57,794 nt of DNA from a virus (lineage: Duplodnaviria > Caudoviricetes), in IMG/VR virus record IMGVR_UViG_3300037313_000591, positions 1 to 57,794 of that record. One strand, 5' to 3'. This document shows, in pieces, positions 45,919 through 54,796 of this stretch; position 1 is the first letter of the stretch, and each line of letters starts with the position of its first letter. The notes under the pieces were generated by a model. It did no database searches. It saw only the letters and a list, made by a program, of their open reading frames with translations, and was not told the DNA's origin. Both the position numbers and the translations under genes were made by a program.

Positions 45919-46050
45919 TTATTTGGCGTTCAGCGTTTTGGAAACTTCCGATACAGAGTGATTGATCGTCTTTACCAGGACGTAGGCGCCGACTGTGCCG
46001 AGGACAATCCCGAGGATGATCAGAGCTGCTATTTCGTAGGCTTGCTTCAT
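45919..46050 (-). CDS. first pL gene: 43-aa single-TM protein (not in the ORF track)
   Basis: MKQAYEIAALIILGIVLGTVGAYVLVKTINHSVSEVSKTLNAK. Confidence 0.5.
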   Translation of the reverse strand: MKQAYEIAALIILGIVLGTVGAYVLVKTINHSVSEVSKTLNAK

Positions 46051-46090
46051 GGTCTTGGTTGAGCCAAAGTGGTTGTGATCCAATGGCTTC

Positions 46091-46129
46091 AATATATACC
46101 AGAAAAACTAGCAAGACAAGAAAAACTGG
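46091..46129 (-). promoter_or_regulatory. pL promoter with two CI operators
   Basis: -35 TTGTCT, 17 bp, -10 TATATT; 13-bp operators CCAGAAAAACTAG (46099) and CAAGAAAAACTGG (46117). Confidence 0.7.
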
Positions 46130-46187
46130 TAAATTTTTCGAAGTGTTGTTTTAACCAGGTCAAAATGCTTGTTGTTTGGTACAGACG

Positions 46188-46214
46188 AAAAAAAATCCCG
46201 CACTTGGCGGGATG
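46188..46214 (-). terminator. intrinsic terminator after the lipoprotein gene
   Basis: ATCCCGC..GCGGGAT stem followed by a T-run on the minus strand. Confidence 0.7.
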
Positions 46215-46250
46215 GTGTGAAGCGGCCTGGCTATACAGGCATGGAGGAGG

Positions 46251-46523
46251 CTAGGGGATGATGGGTGCGCCGTTCATCTCAAGTCCAGAGCAGACCTTAC
46301 GGGCTCGCGGATCGGTACGCACTAACCTTTCCGCCTCATCTCTGGAGCTCGACTTGGTGATCGCGCGCTGAATGATCTCGGCGCAGGCTTGCTTATCCGG
46401 CTCAGGGCTGGTATCGCGCGGCTGGCAACCGGCAGCCAGGAGGCATGCGGCAGTGATGGCAACAGCAGCGTAGCAGGTCGACCTGGATTTTAGCTTGAGC
46501 CCACATCTATCTCTCAACTGCAT
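46251..46523 (-). CDS. small lipoprotein
   Basis: AGGAGG RBS, signal peptide with lipobox LAAGC, a Cys pair. Confidence 0.65.
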   Translation of the reverse strand: MQLRDRCGLKLKSRSTCYAAVAITAACLLAAGCQPRDTSPEPDKQACAEIIQRAITKSSSRDEAERLVRTDPRARKVCSGLEMNGAPIIP

Positions 46524-46615
46524 CTCTACGCCTCCTTGGCCCCTAAACGGCACTGCGAGATTGGTGCCTGCGCAACATAATCTAGTAGATCAGCTGAACG
46601 GAAGCATGTACACTA

Positions 46616-46631
46616 CTGTATAAATAAACAG
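46616..46631. promoter_or_regulatory. LexA (SOS) box
   Basis: CTGTATAAATAAACAG, near-consensus. Confidence 0.8.
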
Positions 46632-46739
46632 TGTTTCAACGAGTATGTATTGCAGTTACATGTAGAAACAATCGCCGCGCAACCGCTATTTCTTTTGGCA
46701 TAGAATCGTATGGAAACTTATAACGAATCCCTTGCAACG

Positions 46740-46970
46740 CTAGCTTCGCAGGTGCCCCAGTACCTGACGCAACATCATCTTCAGTTCTTCATTCTGCCGC
46801 TTGATGTCGTCCAGCGGAGATGAGCTCAAGCGGGAGAGCATCTCTGCATTCAATGAATGGCCGTTCTGTTCCGCTGCCGCCGTCAGCTCCCGATGAAGTG
46901 CGGCAGGCATGCGGATCGCGGTCTTGATGTGGTTCTGCTGTTTCGGTTTCTGAATTGGAGGTGTGCTCAT
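46740..46970 (-). CDS. Arc-like ribbon-helix-helix regulator
   Basis: TAIRMPAALH..L..AAE.NGHSLNAEM..RL. Confidence 0.8.
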   Translation of the reverse strand: MSTPPIQKPKQQNHIKTAIRMPAALHRELTAAAEQNGHSLNAEMLSRLSSSPLDDIKRQNEELKMMLRQVLGHLRS

Positions 46971-47199
46971 CCTCCAATTTTTCCATGTTGCTAGAAAAAC
47001 ACAGTAATCTGCCTTCAAATTGAAGGCTGTTGTTTAGTGAGTATTGGTGAGAAATATTTCATTACCAGCGTGTAATAATGAATTTGCGTAGGAATAATCG
47101 TACACAGGAATCTCCGTGCATCACTTTGATTCATGTACCCGCGCTATAGAAGTACCAGCTGGCGTGGCTCCCGCGCTTAACTACTACCAGAGTGCCTCG

Positions 47200-47466
47200 A
47201 TGACGAACCATAACGACGAGTCGACCGAACATCGAGTTCTCGCCGCGCTCCGCGAGATCAATCCACAAAAGCGTGCCGAGCTTGTGGCTGTGATCGAGGC
47301 GATGGCAGCTGCGTTTCCGAAACCAGCCAAGGCGTCGATTACCAAGCCGGCGTCACTTAGTCTTGTGGTCAGCGACGGCCGCGTTGTCCGCGCTGGGAAG
47401 CGCCCTGGCCATCACCAGGAGCGAATTTTTCCCGCTCTCAGTCATTCTGCGGTACTCACTAAGTAA
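47200..47466 (+). CDS. small protein resembling the CI C-terminal helical domain
   Basis: TEHRVLAALREINPQKRAELVAVIEAMA; converges on and overlaps the 3' end of cI; start uncertain. Confidence 0.5.
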   Translation: MTNHNDESTEHRVLAALREINPQKRAELVAVIEAMAAAFPKPAKASITKPASLSLVVSDGRVVRAGKRPGHHQERIFPALSHSAVLTK

Positions 47467-47754
47467 AGCCGCTTCATCCTCTGATACCCACTGCAGGTTC
47501 GGCGACTGACGTTCGCCGCGGCCGTCTGTGCCGCTCGGCGCCGTATCGTCGCCAACGCCCGTCATAAGCCATTCGGGCGTCGTCCCAAGAACCTCCGCAA
47601 CCTTCTTGATGCGGTTACGGTTCGGCGCGGTCCCATCCTCGTTCTCCCACTGCTGAACAGTCTGCCAAACCACGCCCACGGCCTTCGCAAGGGCCTCTTG
47701 GCTATGGTAGCCGCGCTCGATGCGCTTCTGCTTGATTCGTTGATGGATGCTCAT
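47353..47754 (-). CDS. cI: CI-like repressor (XRE HTH, no S24 peptidase domain)
   Basis: RIKQKR...SQEALAKAVGV.WQTVQQWE...P...I.KVAEVLGTTPEWL; 133 aa; divergent from cro. Confidence 0.85.
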   Translation of the reverse strand: MSIHQRIKQKRIERGYHSQEALAKAVGVVWQTVQQWENEDGTAPNRNRIKKVAEVLGTTPEWLMTGVGDDTAPSGTDGRGERQSPNLQWVSEDEAALLSEYRRMTESGKNSLLVMARALPSADNAAVADHKTK

Positions 47755-47767
47755 TCCGCAACTATGC

Positions 47768-47829
47768 CAAGAAGGACTAGTACGCGATACACAGATTTTT
47801 CTTGTGTCTGCTAGATTTTCTAGTACAAT
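47768..47829 (+). promoter_or_regulatory. oR/pR region with three operators
   Basis: CAAGAAGGACTAG (47768), CAGATTTTTCTTG (47792), CTAGATTTTCTAG (47811); -35 TTGTGT and -10 TACAAT. Confidence 0.7.
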
Positions 47830-47836
47830 GGCGTTC

Positions 47837-48106
47837 ATGGATACCTCATCTCACCAAGCGCTTTCTCGCGCAATTGCTCAATACCCGACTCTGAAGGCGT
47901 TTTCGGACGCTCTTGATGTTCGCTACCAGGTCGTTCAGCAGTGGCTCGTCAACGGCGTGCCAGCTGAGTATTGCCCGCTGATCGAAAAGTTGACTGGCGA
48001 GCGCTGCGAAGACCTGAACAGCAAAGTTGATTGGGCATTCATCCGATCGAACAAACCAGGGCGCACCAAGCGCCAAAGGGTCGCATCAAAAAATTCTAGG
48101 CATTGA
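47837..48106 (+). CDS. cro: Cro/YdaS-like regulator
   Basis: L.V.YQVVQQW...VPAEYCP.IEK.TG..CEDL..VDW; probably leaderless. Confidence 0.8.
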   Translation: MDTSSHQALSRAIAQYPTLKAFSDALDVRYQVVQQWLVNGVPAEYCPLIEKLTGERCEDLNSKVDWAFIRSNKPGRTKRQRVASKNSRH

Positions 48107-48178
48107 TCCACCGTTTCAGAAGTAGCAGTCCAGGTAGTAGCAGTCACCCATCCTTGTAGTCCGTCATAGGAGCAGTGA

Positions 48179-48436
48179 ATGAAGAACCCGAGGAATGTTG
48201 TTGTGAAAGCTCTGTTCAACGCCGACGAGTTTGTGGCCTTGAACGATGCATGCGCCAGAGAGGACGTGTCACACAGCAGGCTCCTTCGGAAGTTGGCGAT
48301 GGAATTTGTGAAGCAACGCCAGTCTACCGAAGTTGCAAGCACAGAGAAATGTGCAGGCCCTGGCCAAAAGCTGGCCATGCCAAATCCGCACTCCAGGGTG
48401 AACTACGGCATCGCGCCTGTGCGGTTAAGGGTTTGA
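48179..48436 (+). CDS. small regulator in the CII position
   Basis: AGGAG RBS; directly after cro. Confidence 0.5.
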   Translation: MKNPRNVVVKALFNADEFVALNDACAREDVSHSRLLRKLAMEFVKQRQSTEVASTEKCAGPGQKLAMPNPHSRVNYGIAPVRLRV

Positions 48437-48543
48437 GGCAGCGATGTACGCATGGCGTGGCTGATTCCCGGTTAAGCGGGAATGTCCTTGAAACAAGGAG
48501 CCCGCCATAGCGCGGGCTTCCGACTAAATAACACGGGAGGGTT

Positions 48544-48729
48544 ATGACAGAGGAAACCCAAACAGCACTTGAGAGAAAAGTAGTGCGTTACGCGCGCTTG
48601 TGGCGAGAGACCGAAAAATCGGCGATATGCGCTACCAAGGAGCAGAAAGAAACCGCGAACACGAAGCATTGGGAAGCAAAAGTAGCTCTTCGCGATGCCG
48701 TCGACAGATTGACCAGGAGCGAGTCATGA
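48544..48729 (+). CDS. hypothetical protein
   Basis: GGAGG RBS. Confidence 0.55.
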   Translation: MTEETQTALERKVVRYARLWRETEKSAICATKEQKETANTKHWEAKVALRDAVDRLTRSES

Positions 48730-49037
48730 GTTTGAACCTGTTCACGTCGAACAGCCGACAGGAAGTGCTCGACACGATCCAGTGTACGCCGAACATCACG
48801 GCAGGCGAGATCGCCAAGGAAGTTGGCCTGTCGTCCGGCCGCGTCTTATCGATCCTGTCCGACCTGAAGGAGCAAGGGCGTATCGATTGGAAGATGCTGC
48901 CGCCCGAGCAAGGCATCCGCAACAACCCGCGCCGCGGTTATTTCGTCGGCGAGTACCAGGGTTCGGCAATCCCGAAGGCATGGGACGTCCTTGCGCACTT
49001 CTTCGGCCGCATCGCTGCAGAACCGGCAGTCGCCTAA
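48726..49037 (+). CDS. winged-HTH protein
   Basis: ITAGEIAKEVGLSSGRV..IL..L...G.I. Confidence 0.7.
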   Translation: MSLNLFTSNSRQEVLDTIQCTPNITAGEIAKEVGLSSGRVLSILSDLKEQGRIDWKMLPPEQGIRNNPRRGYFVGEYQGSAIPKAWDVLAHFFGRIAAEPAVA

Positions 49038-49045
49038 ATCAGCCC

Positions 49046-49079
49046 GATGGCGCGGCACTAACACCGCGCCATCTTTTTC
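49046..49079 (+). terminator. intrinsic terminator
   Basis: GATGGCGCGG..CCGCGCCATC followed by TTTTT. Confidence 0.75.
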
Positions 49080-49151
49080 ACCAGCGGGAGTCACCATGCA
49101 ACGTTTCAAAGTCAGCTTCGCCGGCAGCAGCAACCTGATGCGGGGCATGCC

Positions 49152-49610
49152 ATGACTACCCAGCGTCTCGCTCGCTCGACGCCCATGAAGCGCACGAAGC
49201 CGATGGAACAGAAGACTCCATTGAAGCGTACCGGCTTCCTGCGTCGCACCAAGGAACAAGTCACGAAGAAGGTTTCCAGCCTGAAGTCCCGCGGCATGAA
49301 AGGTCGTACGCCGACCGCACTTGAGCGCCGCTTCATGGACGCTGTTGCTGGCCTGGGCTGCATTGCATGCCTGAAGGACGGCCGTGTCAATCCTTGGATC
49401 TCGCTCCACCACATCGCCGGCCGCACCGCTATCAACGCACACATGTACGTGCTACCGCTGTGCGCTTGCCATCACCAGCACGACGACGCCGACCCTGCAG
49501 GGCGTATCGGTGTGCATCCTCATAAAGCTAGGTTCGAAGAAATGTACGGCACGCAGATGGAACTGCTGGTCGAGTGCATGGCAAGAATCGGATGGGACTC
49601 CACATGCTGA
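49152..49610 (+). CDS. Ref-like (HNH-type) recombination-enhancement nuclease
   Basis: GCIAC..HHI.GRT...LPLC..HH...H...FE..YG. Confidence 0.75.
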   Translation: MTTQRLARSTPMKRTKPMEQKTPLKRTGFLRRTKEQVTKKVSSLKSRGMKGRTPTALERRFMDAVAGLGCIACLKDGRVNPWISLHHIAGRTAINAHMYVLPLCACHHQHDDADPAGRIGVHPHKARFEEMYGTQMELLVECMARIGWDSTC

Positions 49611-49822
49611 CCTACGAAGTCAAAGGCCCGACCGCCAGTGGTCACTACCTAGTCGGCTACCCGACGCCAGGCGCCCCCCAAGTTTTTACGCTGGCCGGCT
49701 GCGCTACGAATGAGGCGCTTGCTAAGCGCGAGTGCGCACGCCTGAACGAAGAGCAGGTTGTCGATCGCCGCCAGGATCTCGTGCGTCAGGCCGACATGAT
49801 CGTTCGGGACGAGGAGAGCTGA
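49604..49822 (+). CDS. hypothetical protein
   Basis: MLTYEVKGP...; packed in the operon. Confidence 0.5.
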   Translation: MLTYEVKGPTASGHYLVGYPTPGAPQVFTLAGCATNEALAKRECARLNEEQVVDRRQDLVRQADMIVRDEES

Positions 49823-49823
49823 C

Positions 49824-50648
49824 GTGGCGAATCAGTGGCTGCGGCTGTGGCATGACCTGCCGAACGATCCGAAGTGGCGCACGATCGCGCGCGTGTCGAA
49901 GCAAAGCATCGGGAACGTGATGGCCGTGTACGTTCATCTGCTGGTGAACGCTTCGAACGCAAGCGAACGCGGAAGAACTCAGAACGTATCAAGCGAAGAC
50001 ATAGCGAGCGCACTGGATATCGACACCGAGCAGGTGGACGCAATCCTGAGTGCGATGCAAGGGCGCGTACTGGAAGGCGATCTGATTAGCGGATGGAGAA
50101 AGCGTCAGCCAGAACGTGAAGATGGCGCGGCTGAACGGGCGAAAGCATGGCGCGAGGCGAAAAAGGCGGAGAAACAGGCTCAAGAAAACGCAGATCAAAC
50201 GCAAACGAACGCAGCCGAACGCAAACAAACGCTAGATAAAGATAAGAATAGAGAAGAACTAAAAGAACCCCCCAAACCCCCCGCTGGGGGGCTCACCGTG
50301 GTCGCCAAGCCTGAAGGCAAGCCCAAGACCCGCGGCATCACGCTGAAGACCTTCCTTGCAGACTGCAAGGCCAACGACATTCGTCCGATGCGGGACTACG
50401 AACCGCTGTGGACCTACACCCGTAACGCCAAGCTGCCTGACGACTTTGTCGCCTTGGCCTGGGTCGAGTTCTGCCGACGCTTCGGCGCTGGCGGCGTGAA
50501 GGAGGCGAATCTGCAGAAGGACTGGCGCAAGACGTTCCGGAATTACGTGGAGAACAACTACCTGAAGCTCTGGGCGGTCAACGCCGATGGCGAGTACTAC
50601 CTGACTACGCAAGGCAAGCAGGCACAAACCGTAGCGGAGGCAGCGTGA
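49824..50648 (+). CDS. replication initiator protein
   Basis: MANQWLRLWHD.PNDPKWRTIAR, W.KRQP.RED, C-terminal KDW..TFRN.V..N; upstream of the helicase. Confidence 0.8.
   Translation: MANQWLRLWHDLPNDPKWRTIARVSKQSIGNVMAVYVHLLVNASNASERGRTQNVSSEDIASALDIDTEQVDAILSAMQGRVLEGDLISGWRKRQPEREDGAAERAKAWREAKKAEKQAQENADQTQTNAAERKQTLDKDKNREELKEPPKPPAGGLTVVAKPEGKPKTRGITLKTFLADCKANDIRPMRDYEPLWTYTRNAKLPDDFVALAWVEFCRRFGAGGVKEANLQKDWRKTFRNYVENNYLKLWAVNADGEYYLTTQGKQAQTVAEAA
50187..50266. repeat. putative origin: iteron-like AACGC(A) repeats plus an A-rich tract
   Basis: AACGC at 50187, 50198, 50208, 50218 and 50228 (10-11 bp period) inside the initiator gene. Confidence 0.55.
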
Positions 50649-50887
50649 ACGAAAACCTTATCTTCCTTGGACTCGGCATGTTAGTCGGCGTGGTCATGTG
50701 CTTTCCAGCCGCTGCGCTGCTAATGCAAAAGCCACTGCAGCAGCCGGTAGCCTGGCGCAAGCATAACGGTCAATTCTGGTCATTCCAGAAGGACGTTCCG
50801 CAGATGCGCGATGCCTTCAAAGCTAACGGTTGGATGCCATTGTTTTCCGACAGAGCAGCGGCAGCAGGGCCGGAGGACTCAGCATGA
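50645..50887 (+). CDS. small membrane protein
   Basis: N-terminal TM, QPVAW motif; GTGA-coupled. Confidence 0.5.
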   Translation: MNENLIFLGLGMLVGVVMCFPAAALLMQKPLQQPVAWRKHNGQFWSFQKDVPQMRDAFKANGWMPLFSDRAAAAGPEDSA

Positions 50888-52236
50888 GCGACATCAAACC
50901 CCCGCCACACAGCATCGAGGCCGAGCAAAGCGTCATCGGCGCCCTGTTGCGCGACAACGACGCCATTGACCGCATGGGCGACCTGCGAGCCGAGCACTTC
51001 TACCTGGGCGACCACCAGGTCATCTTCGCCGAGCTGATCAAGCAGCTGAACGCCGGCCGCTCCTGCGACGTCATCTCACTGATGGTCGCCCTCGACGGCA
51101 AGGTCAACGAGCCCGGCAAGTACCTGAACCAGATGGCGCAGAACACGCCGTCGTCGGCCAGTATCGGGCGCTATGCTGCCATCGTGCGTGACAAGGCTGT
51201 CAAGCGTGGACTGATCGGCTTCGGTCGCGACACCGCAGACTTGGCGCTCAACTCGCCGGAAGACTCTGGCGCACTCGTGGACAAAGCATCGTCGCGCCTC
51301 GAGCAGTTGGCCGTCTCGCGCATCACTGTGGAACCGGTTCGCGCCGGCGACGAGATGGCCGCACACATCGACCTGCTGCAGAAACGCGAGGCAGGTGGCG
51401 TCAAGGCAATCCCGACCGGCTACGAAGACATCGACACGAAGCTGAGTGGAGGACTGCACCGCGGCTGCCTGTACGTCGTCGCAGGCCGCCCGAAGATGGG
51501 CAAGACCGCCTTCGTCCTCAACATCGCCAACAACGTGGCCGAGGAATATTCGGTGGCGATCCTGTCGATGGAGATGCCGAAGAGCCAGATCCACGACCGG
51601 AACCTGGCAAGCCTCGGCAAGATCCCCCTGCAGCACGTGGTCGAGCCCAAGTACATGACCGACGCGGACTGGGCCGGACTGACCGCCGCAACCCTCAAGA
51701 TCGACCGCCTGCACCTGTACCTCGATGACCAGGGTGGACTGCGCCTGCTGGACGTGCGCATGAAGGCCAAGGGCGTCAAGCGCCGGCACGGTCTGGATGT
51801 CCTGATCATCGACTACCTGCAGCTGATGGAAGGCGACGGCGATAACCGCAACGCGCAGATCGAAGGCATCACGCGCGGCCTGAAGTCGCTCTCCAAGGAA
51901 CTCGACATTGCAGTGGTCCTGCTGTCGCAGCTGAACCGCAAGCTCGAGGAGCGCCCGAACAAGCGCCCGCAGCCATCAGACCTGCGCGACTCCGGCGCCA
52001 TCGAGCAGGACGCTGATGCCGTGATCTTCCTGTACCGCGACGAGGTCTACAACCCCGATTCGATCGACAAGGGGATCTGCGAAGTCGACATAGCACTTTG
52101 CCGCCAGGGCGCGCCGGGCAGGGTAGCCCTGACCTACCTGGGCGAATACACACGATTCGAGAACTGCGCCAGGTGGGTGCAGCGACAGCCGGAGGATCGG
52201 CGCAAGTCGGGTAACGGGCTGTCGAAGTTTTTGTAA
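50884..52236 (+). CDS. dnaB: replicative DNA helicase
   Basis: PPHSIEAEQSVIG, AGRPKMGKT, IDYLQL, LSQLNR, DLRDSGAIEQDAD. Confidence 0.95.
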   Translation: MSDIKPPPHSIEAEQSVIGALLRDNDAIDRMGDLRAEHFYLGDHQVIFAELIKQLNAGRSCDVISLMVALDGKVNEPGKYLNQMAQNTPSSASIGRYAAIVRDKAVKRGLIGFGRDTADLALNSPEDSGALVDKASSRLEQLAVSRITVEPVRAGDEMAAHIDLLQKREAGGVKAIPTGYEDIDTKLSGGLHRGCLYVVAGRPKMGKTAFVLNIANNVAEEYSVAILSMEMPKSQIHDRNLASLGKIPLQHVVEPKYMTDADWAGLTAATLKIDRLHLYLDDQGGLRLLDVRMKAKGVKRRHGLDVLIIDYLQLMEGDGDNRNAQIEGITRGLKSLSKELDIAVVLLSQLNRKLEERPNKRPQPSDLRDSGAIEQDADAVIFLYRDEVYNPDSIDKGICEVDIALCRQGAPGRVALTYLGEYTRFENCARWVQRQPEDRRKSGNGLSKFL

Positions 52237-52242
52237 GCAGGC

Positions 52243-52929
52243 ATGAGCAACCAAAACACAGGAGGAGAAATGACAGCTCGTCGATCGACTTTCCAGTCGA
52301 AGCGCGCCCAGATCCGTATCAAGCGTCTGTTGGCACTTCTCGAAGACCGGACCCTGTCATCTAGCGAGATCGCCAAAAAGCTGTATTGCGACCAATCGCT
52401 GGTAACCGAATACCTACGCCACCTTCGCACTGGCCCGAGTCGCCGGGCTCGGATCGCCGACTACGAAGTGGTCAATGGTACCAAGCGCGCGCTGTATGGT
52501 CTCGGTAGCGAGCCAGATGCACCGTTGACGCGCCAGACGAACCAAGAGCGTTACGCAAAGGTCCAGGCCGATCCCGTGAAGTATGAGCGTCACCTGACGA
52601 AAGCCCGCGATCTGCACCGCCGCAAACGCGCCACCGTGCCACCAGAGCAACGCCAGCGCGACCGCCGGATTTATGAGCCGCCGCTTCCGGTGCAGGTTGT
52701 CGACCTACTCAAGCGCATGCCCGGCTGCACGAACGAGCAGATCGCCGATCGGCTGCAAGCCAACGAACGCGCCGTGCAGCGCGTCACGCAACGCCTGAGC
52801 AAGACCGGAGCTATCCAGCGGGCGAAGGCAAGCACTATGAAGAAATGGCAGTGGGAGACGCCAGACCGTCCGATGGCGTTTGTTCCGAGAGTGGCGCGGC
52901 AGACGATCTTTGCGGCACTGGGGATCTGA
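52243..52929 (+). CDS. protein with two HTH domains
   Basis: SSSEIAKKL...V.EYL..L and TNEQIADRL......V. Confidence 0.6.
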   Translation: MSNQNTGGEMTARRSTFQSKRAQIRIKRLLALLEDRTLSSSEIAKKLYCDQSLVTEYLRHLRTGPSRRARIADYEVVNGTKRALYGLGSEPDAPLTRQTNQERYAKVQADPVKYERHLTKARDLHRRKRATVPPEQRQRDRRIYEPPLPVQVVDLLKRMPGCTNEQIADRLQANERAVQRVTQRLSKTGAIQRAKASTMKKWQWETPDRPMAFVPRVARQTIFAALGI

Positions 52930-52931
52930 CC

Positions 52932-53144
52932 ATGAGCATCTACGGCTGCTTCAACAAACCACGCCCCACCAAGCACAGCACCTACAAGGCCCAAAGCGGC
53001 TGGAAGGTGTGGCAGGGCACGCGCAAGCCTATGTACGTCGATATCAAGTCGGCGTTTGGCACGACGGAGTGTCAGTACACCCAGCAGCACGTAAGCGATC
53101 CGCAGTGCCTGGGGTGCGCGCACCGGGCGAAGGAGGCTGCATGA
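52932..53144 (+). CDS. hypothetical Cys-containing protein
   Basis: YGCFN...CQY....DPQC.GC. Confidence 0.55.
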   Translation: MSIYGCFNKPRPTKHSTYKAQSGWKVWQGTRKPMYVDIKSAFGTTECQYTQQHVSDPQCLGCAHRAKEAA

Positions 53145-53458
53145 AGATCATCACGAGGCAGAAGTGCGCCGATGAAGTGGTTGAGAAGTGGGAGCGCGTC
53201 TACGGTAAGGCGCAATACGGCGCTGACAAGCTTGTGATTCTTCGACTGCTGAAGCAGCTACCAAAGCCAGTCGACCCTGATGAGGTTGATCGCATCATCG
53301 GCAATACAAGTTGGACATACACCCATCATTGCAGCCAGTGCGGACAGCAGAGTGAGGTCGTTATCGAGGTCGGCCAAGAGCCTGATTATGAATCAGCGAC
53401 CGCATGGTTATGTGTTCCGTGCGTGCGCAAGCTGGCGAAGTTTGCGGAGGGACTATGA
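53141..53458 (+). CDS. zinc-finger protein
   Basis: CSQCG...LCVPC; AGGAGG RBS. Confidence 0.55.
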   Translation: MKIITRQKCADEVVEKWERVYGKAQYGADKLVILRLLKQLPKPVDPDEVDRIIGNTSWTYTHHCSQCGQQSEVVIEVGQEPDYESATAWLCVPCVRKLAKFAEGL

Positions 53459-53826
53459 AGATCATTGTTTGCGGTGGCCGTGATTTCAACAATACGTCTG
53501 CGGTGCGCCATGCCCTGACCGCGGCGCACGCGAAGCGCCCGATCGAACTCCTGATCGAGGGCGGTGCAGCCGGTGCCGATCGGCTGGCACGCGAATGGGC
53601 GGGCGCAAATGGCGTACTGCATGTGACCGTTATGGCTGACTGGAAGCGCTACGGGCCAGCTGCCGGTCCGCTTCGCAATGCCGAGATGCTGCGCGAGTAC
53701 CAGCCTGACGGCGTGATCGCTTTCCCGGGCGGGAAAGGTACTGCAGACATGATCAAGAAGGCTCGCCAAGCCGGCGTCAAGGTTTGGGAGCCGTTCGCTC
53801 AACACAGCTACGAAGGTGCCGAATGA
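53455..53826 (+). CDS. DUF2493/YspA SLOG-family protein
   Basis: IIVCGGRDF, GGAAGAD, AGP.RN..ML, AFPGG.GT.DM. Confidence 0.85.
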   Translation: MKIIVCGGRDFNNTSAVRHALTAAHAKRPIELLIEGGAAGADRLAREWAGANGVLHVTVMADWKRYGPAAGPLRNAEMLREYQPDGVIAFPGGKGTADMIKKARQAGVKVWEPFAQHSYEGAE

Positions 53827-54203
53827 TCGTCGTCCATCTACCTTTTCCGGACTCGAGACTAAATCCGAACCGCTGCAAGGGCAAGCACTGGGCCGCAACC
53901 GTCGCCCTACGCAGGTCTGCCCGGGAAGCCGCGACGCTCCTCACGAGGCAGGCCAGCCGCGGTGTGACGTTCCCAATGGGGCATGAGGTATCGCTGAAGG
54001 TGGTCTTCGTCCAGCCAGATAAGCGACTGAGGGACCGAGACAACCTCATGGCTAGTTTCAAAAACGCGATCGATGGCGTTGCCGACGCTCTCGGAATTAA
54101 TGACGTCCAGTTTAACCCGGTCACCGTCTGCCGGGAGTACGGCCCCAAGCCAGGGAGCGTGCGCATCGAAATAGGCGGTAAGCCAGAAGTCCAATCAGCG
54201 TAA
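53823..54203 (+). CDS. rusA: RusA-like Holliday junction resolvase
   Basis: LPFP...LNPN, PDKR.RDRDN...K..IDG.ADALG.ND..F. Confidence 0.8.
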   Translation: MIVVHLPFPDSRLNPNRCKGKHWAATVALRRSAREAATLLTRQASRGVTFPMGHEVSLKVVFVQPDKRLRDRDNLMASFKNAIDGVADALGINDVQFNPVTVCREYGPKPGSVRIEIGGKPEVQSA

Positions 54204-54215
54204 CAGGGGGAGAGC

Positions 54216-54512
54216 ATGAGCTTCAAAGATAACCACAAATTAGCAGACCTGCGCATCGAGGTGGAGCGAGACATCGTCCCCGGTCTGCCGGCAGTCGATC
54301 GCGCCATCGCATTCGTACGCACACGCGGCACCGCAACATCGGCCGAGCTGCACGCGGTGATGGACTTGCCGCCTGACGAACTGCCTTCGACGCACCTTGT
54401 CGACGCACTGGAAGATGGGCGGCTGGTCAAGGATGGCAAGCACTGGACGCTGGGTGCGGCGGCGCTGGAAGAGGGTGGCTTGATTGATGTTTTGGAAGTG
54501 GAGGCGGCATGA
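54216..54512 (+). CDS. hypothetical protein (winged-HTH-like)
   Basis: GGAG RBS; ATSAELH..M. Confidence 0.5.
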   Translation: MSFKDNHKLADLRIEVERDIVPGLPAVDRAIAFVRTRGTATSAELHAVMDLPPDELPSTHLVDALEDGRLVKDGKHWTLGAAALEEGGLIDVLEVEAA

Positions 54513-54796
54513 GACGCGAATACGTAACCAACGAGCAAGCCAAGAGACTGCCCCACGCTGGCCGAATTCGCATTCGATTCAAGACTTGGTGGTTTGCGCG
54601 GGCTTGGGGTGATCGCAAACAGCCGTGGCGCCTCCAGCGTACCAACTTCTGGATGAGCACTCGTGGCGCGAATTACGGTCAAGTGTGGGTCGGTCCATTC
54701 TCAATCATATGGCCCGCTCGATGGCTGAAGGGGCCTGCACGCGCCCTGCATCCGGAGGTGTTTGTGAATGAAGTCGCAGACGAGGGGGTGGTATGA
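54509..54796 (+). CDS. hypothetical Trp-rich protein
   Basis: ATGA-coupled on both sides. Confidence 0.5.
   Translation: MRREYVTNEQAKRLPHAGRIRIRFKTWWFARAWGDRKQPWRLQRTNFWMSTRGANYGQVWVGPFSIIWPARWLKGPARALHPEVFVNEVADEGVV

Noticed and set aside
45919-46050. Flp pilin mimic
   Set aside because: Only general hydrophobic resemblance; lacks the G-xxxx-EY prepilin motif
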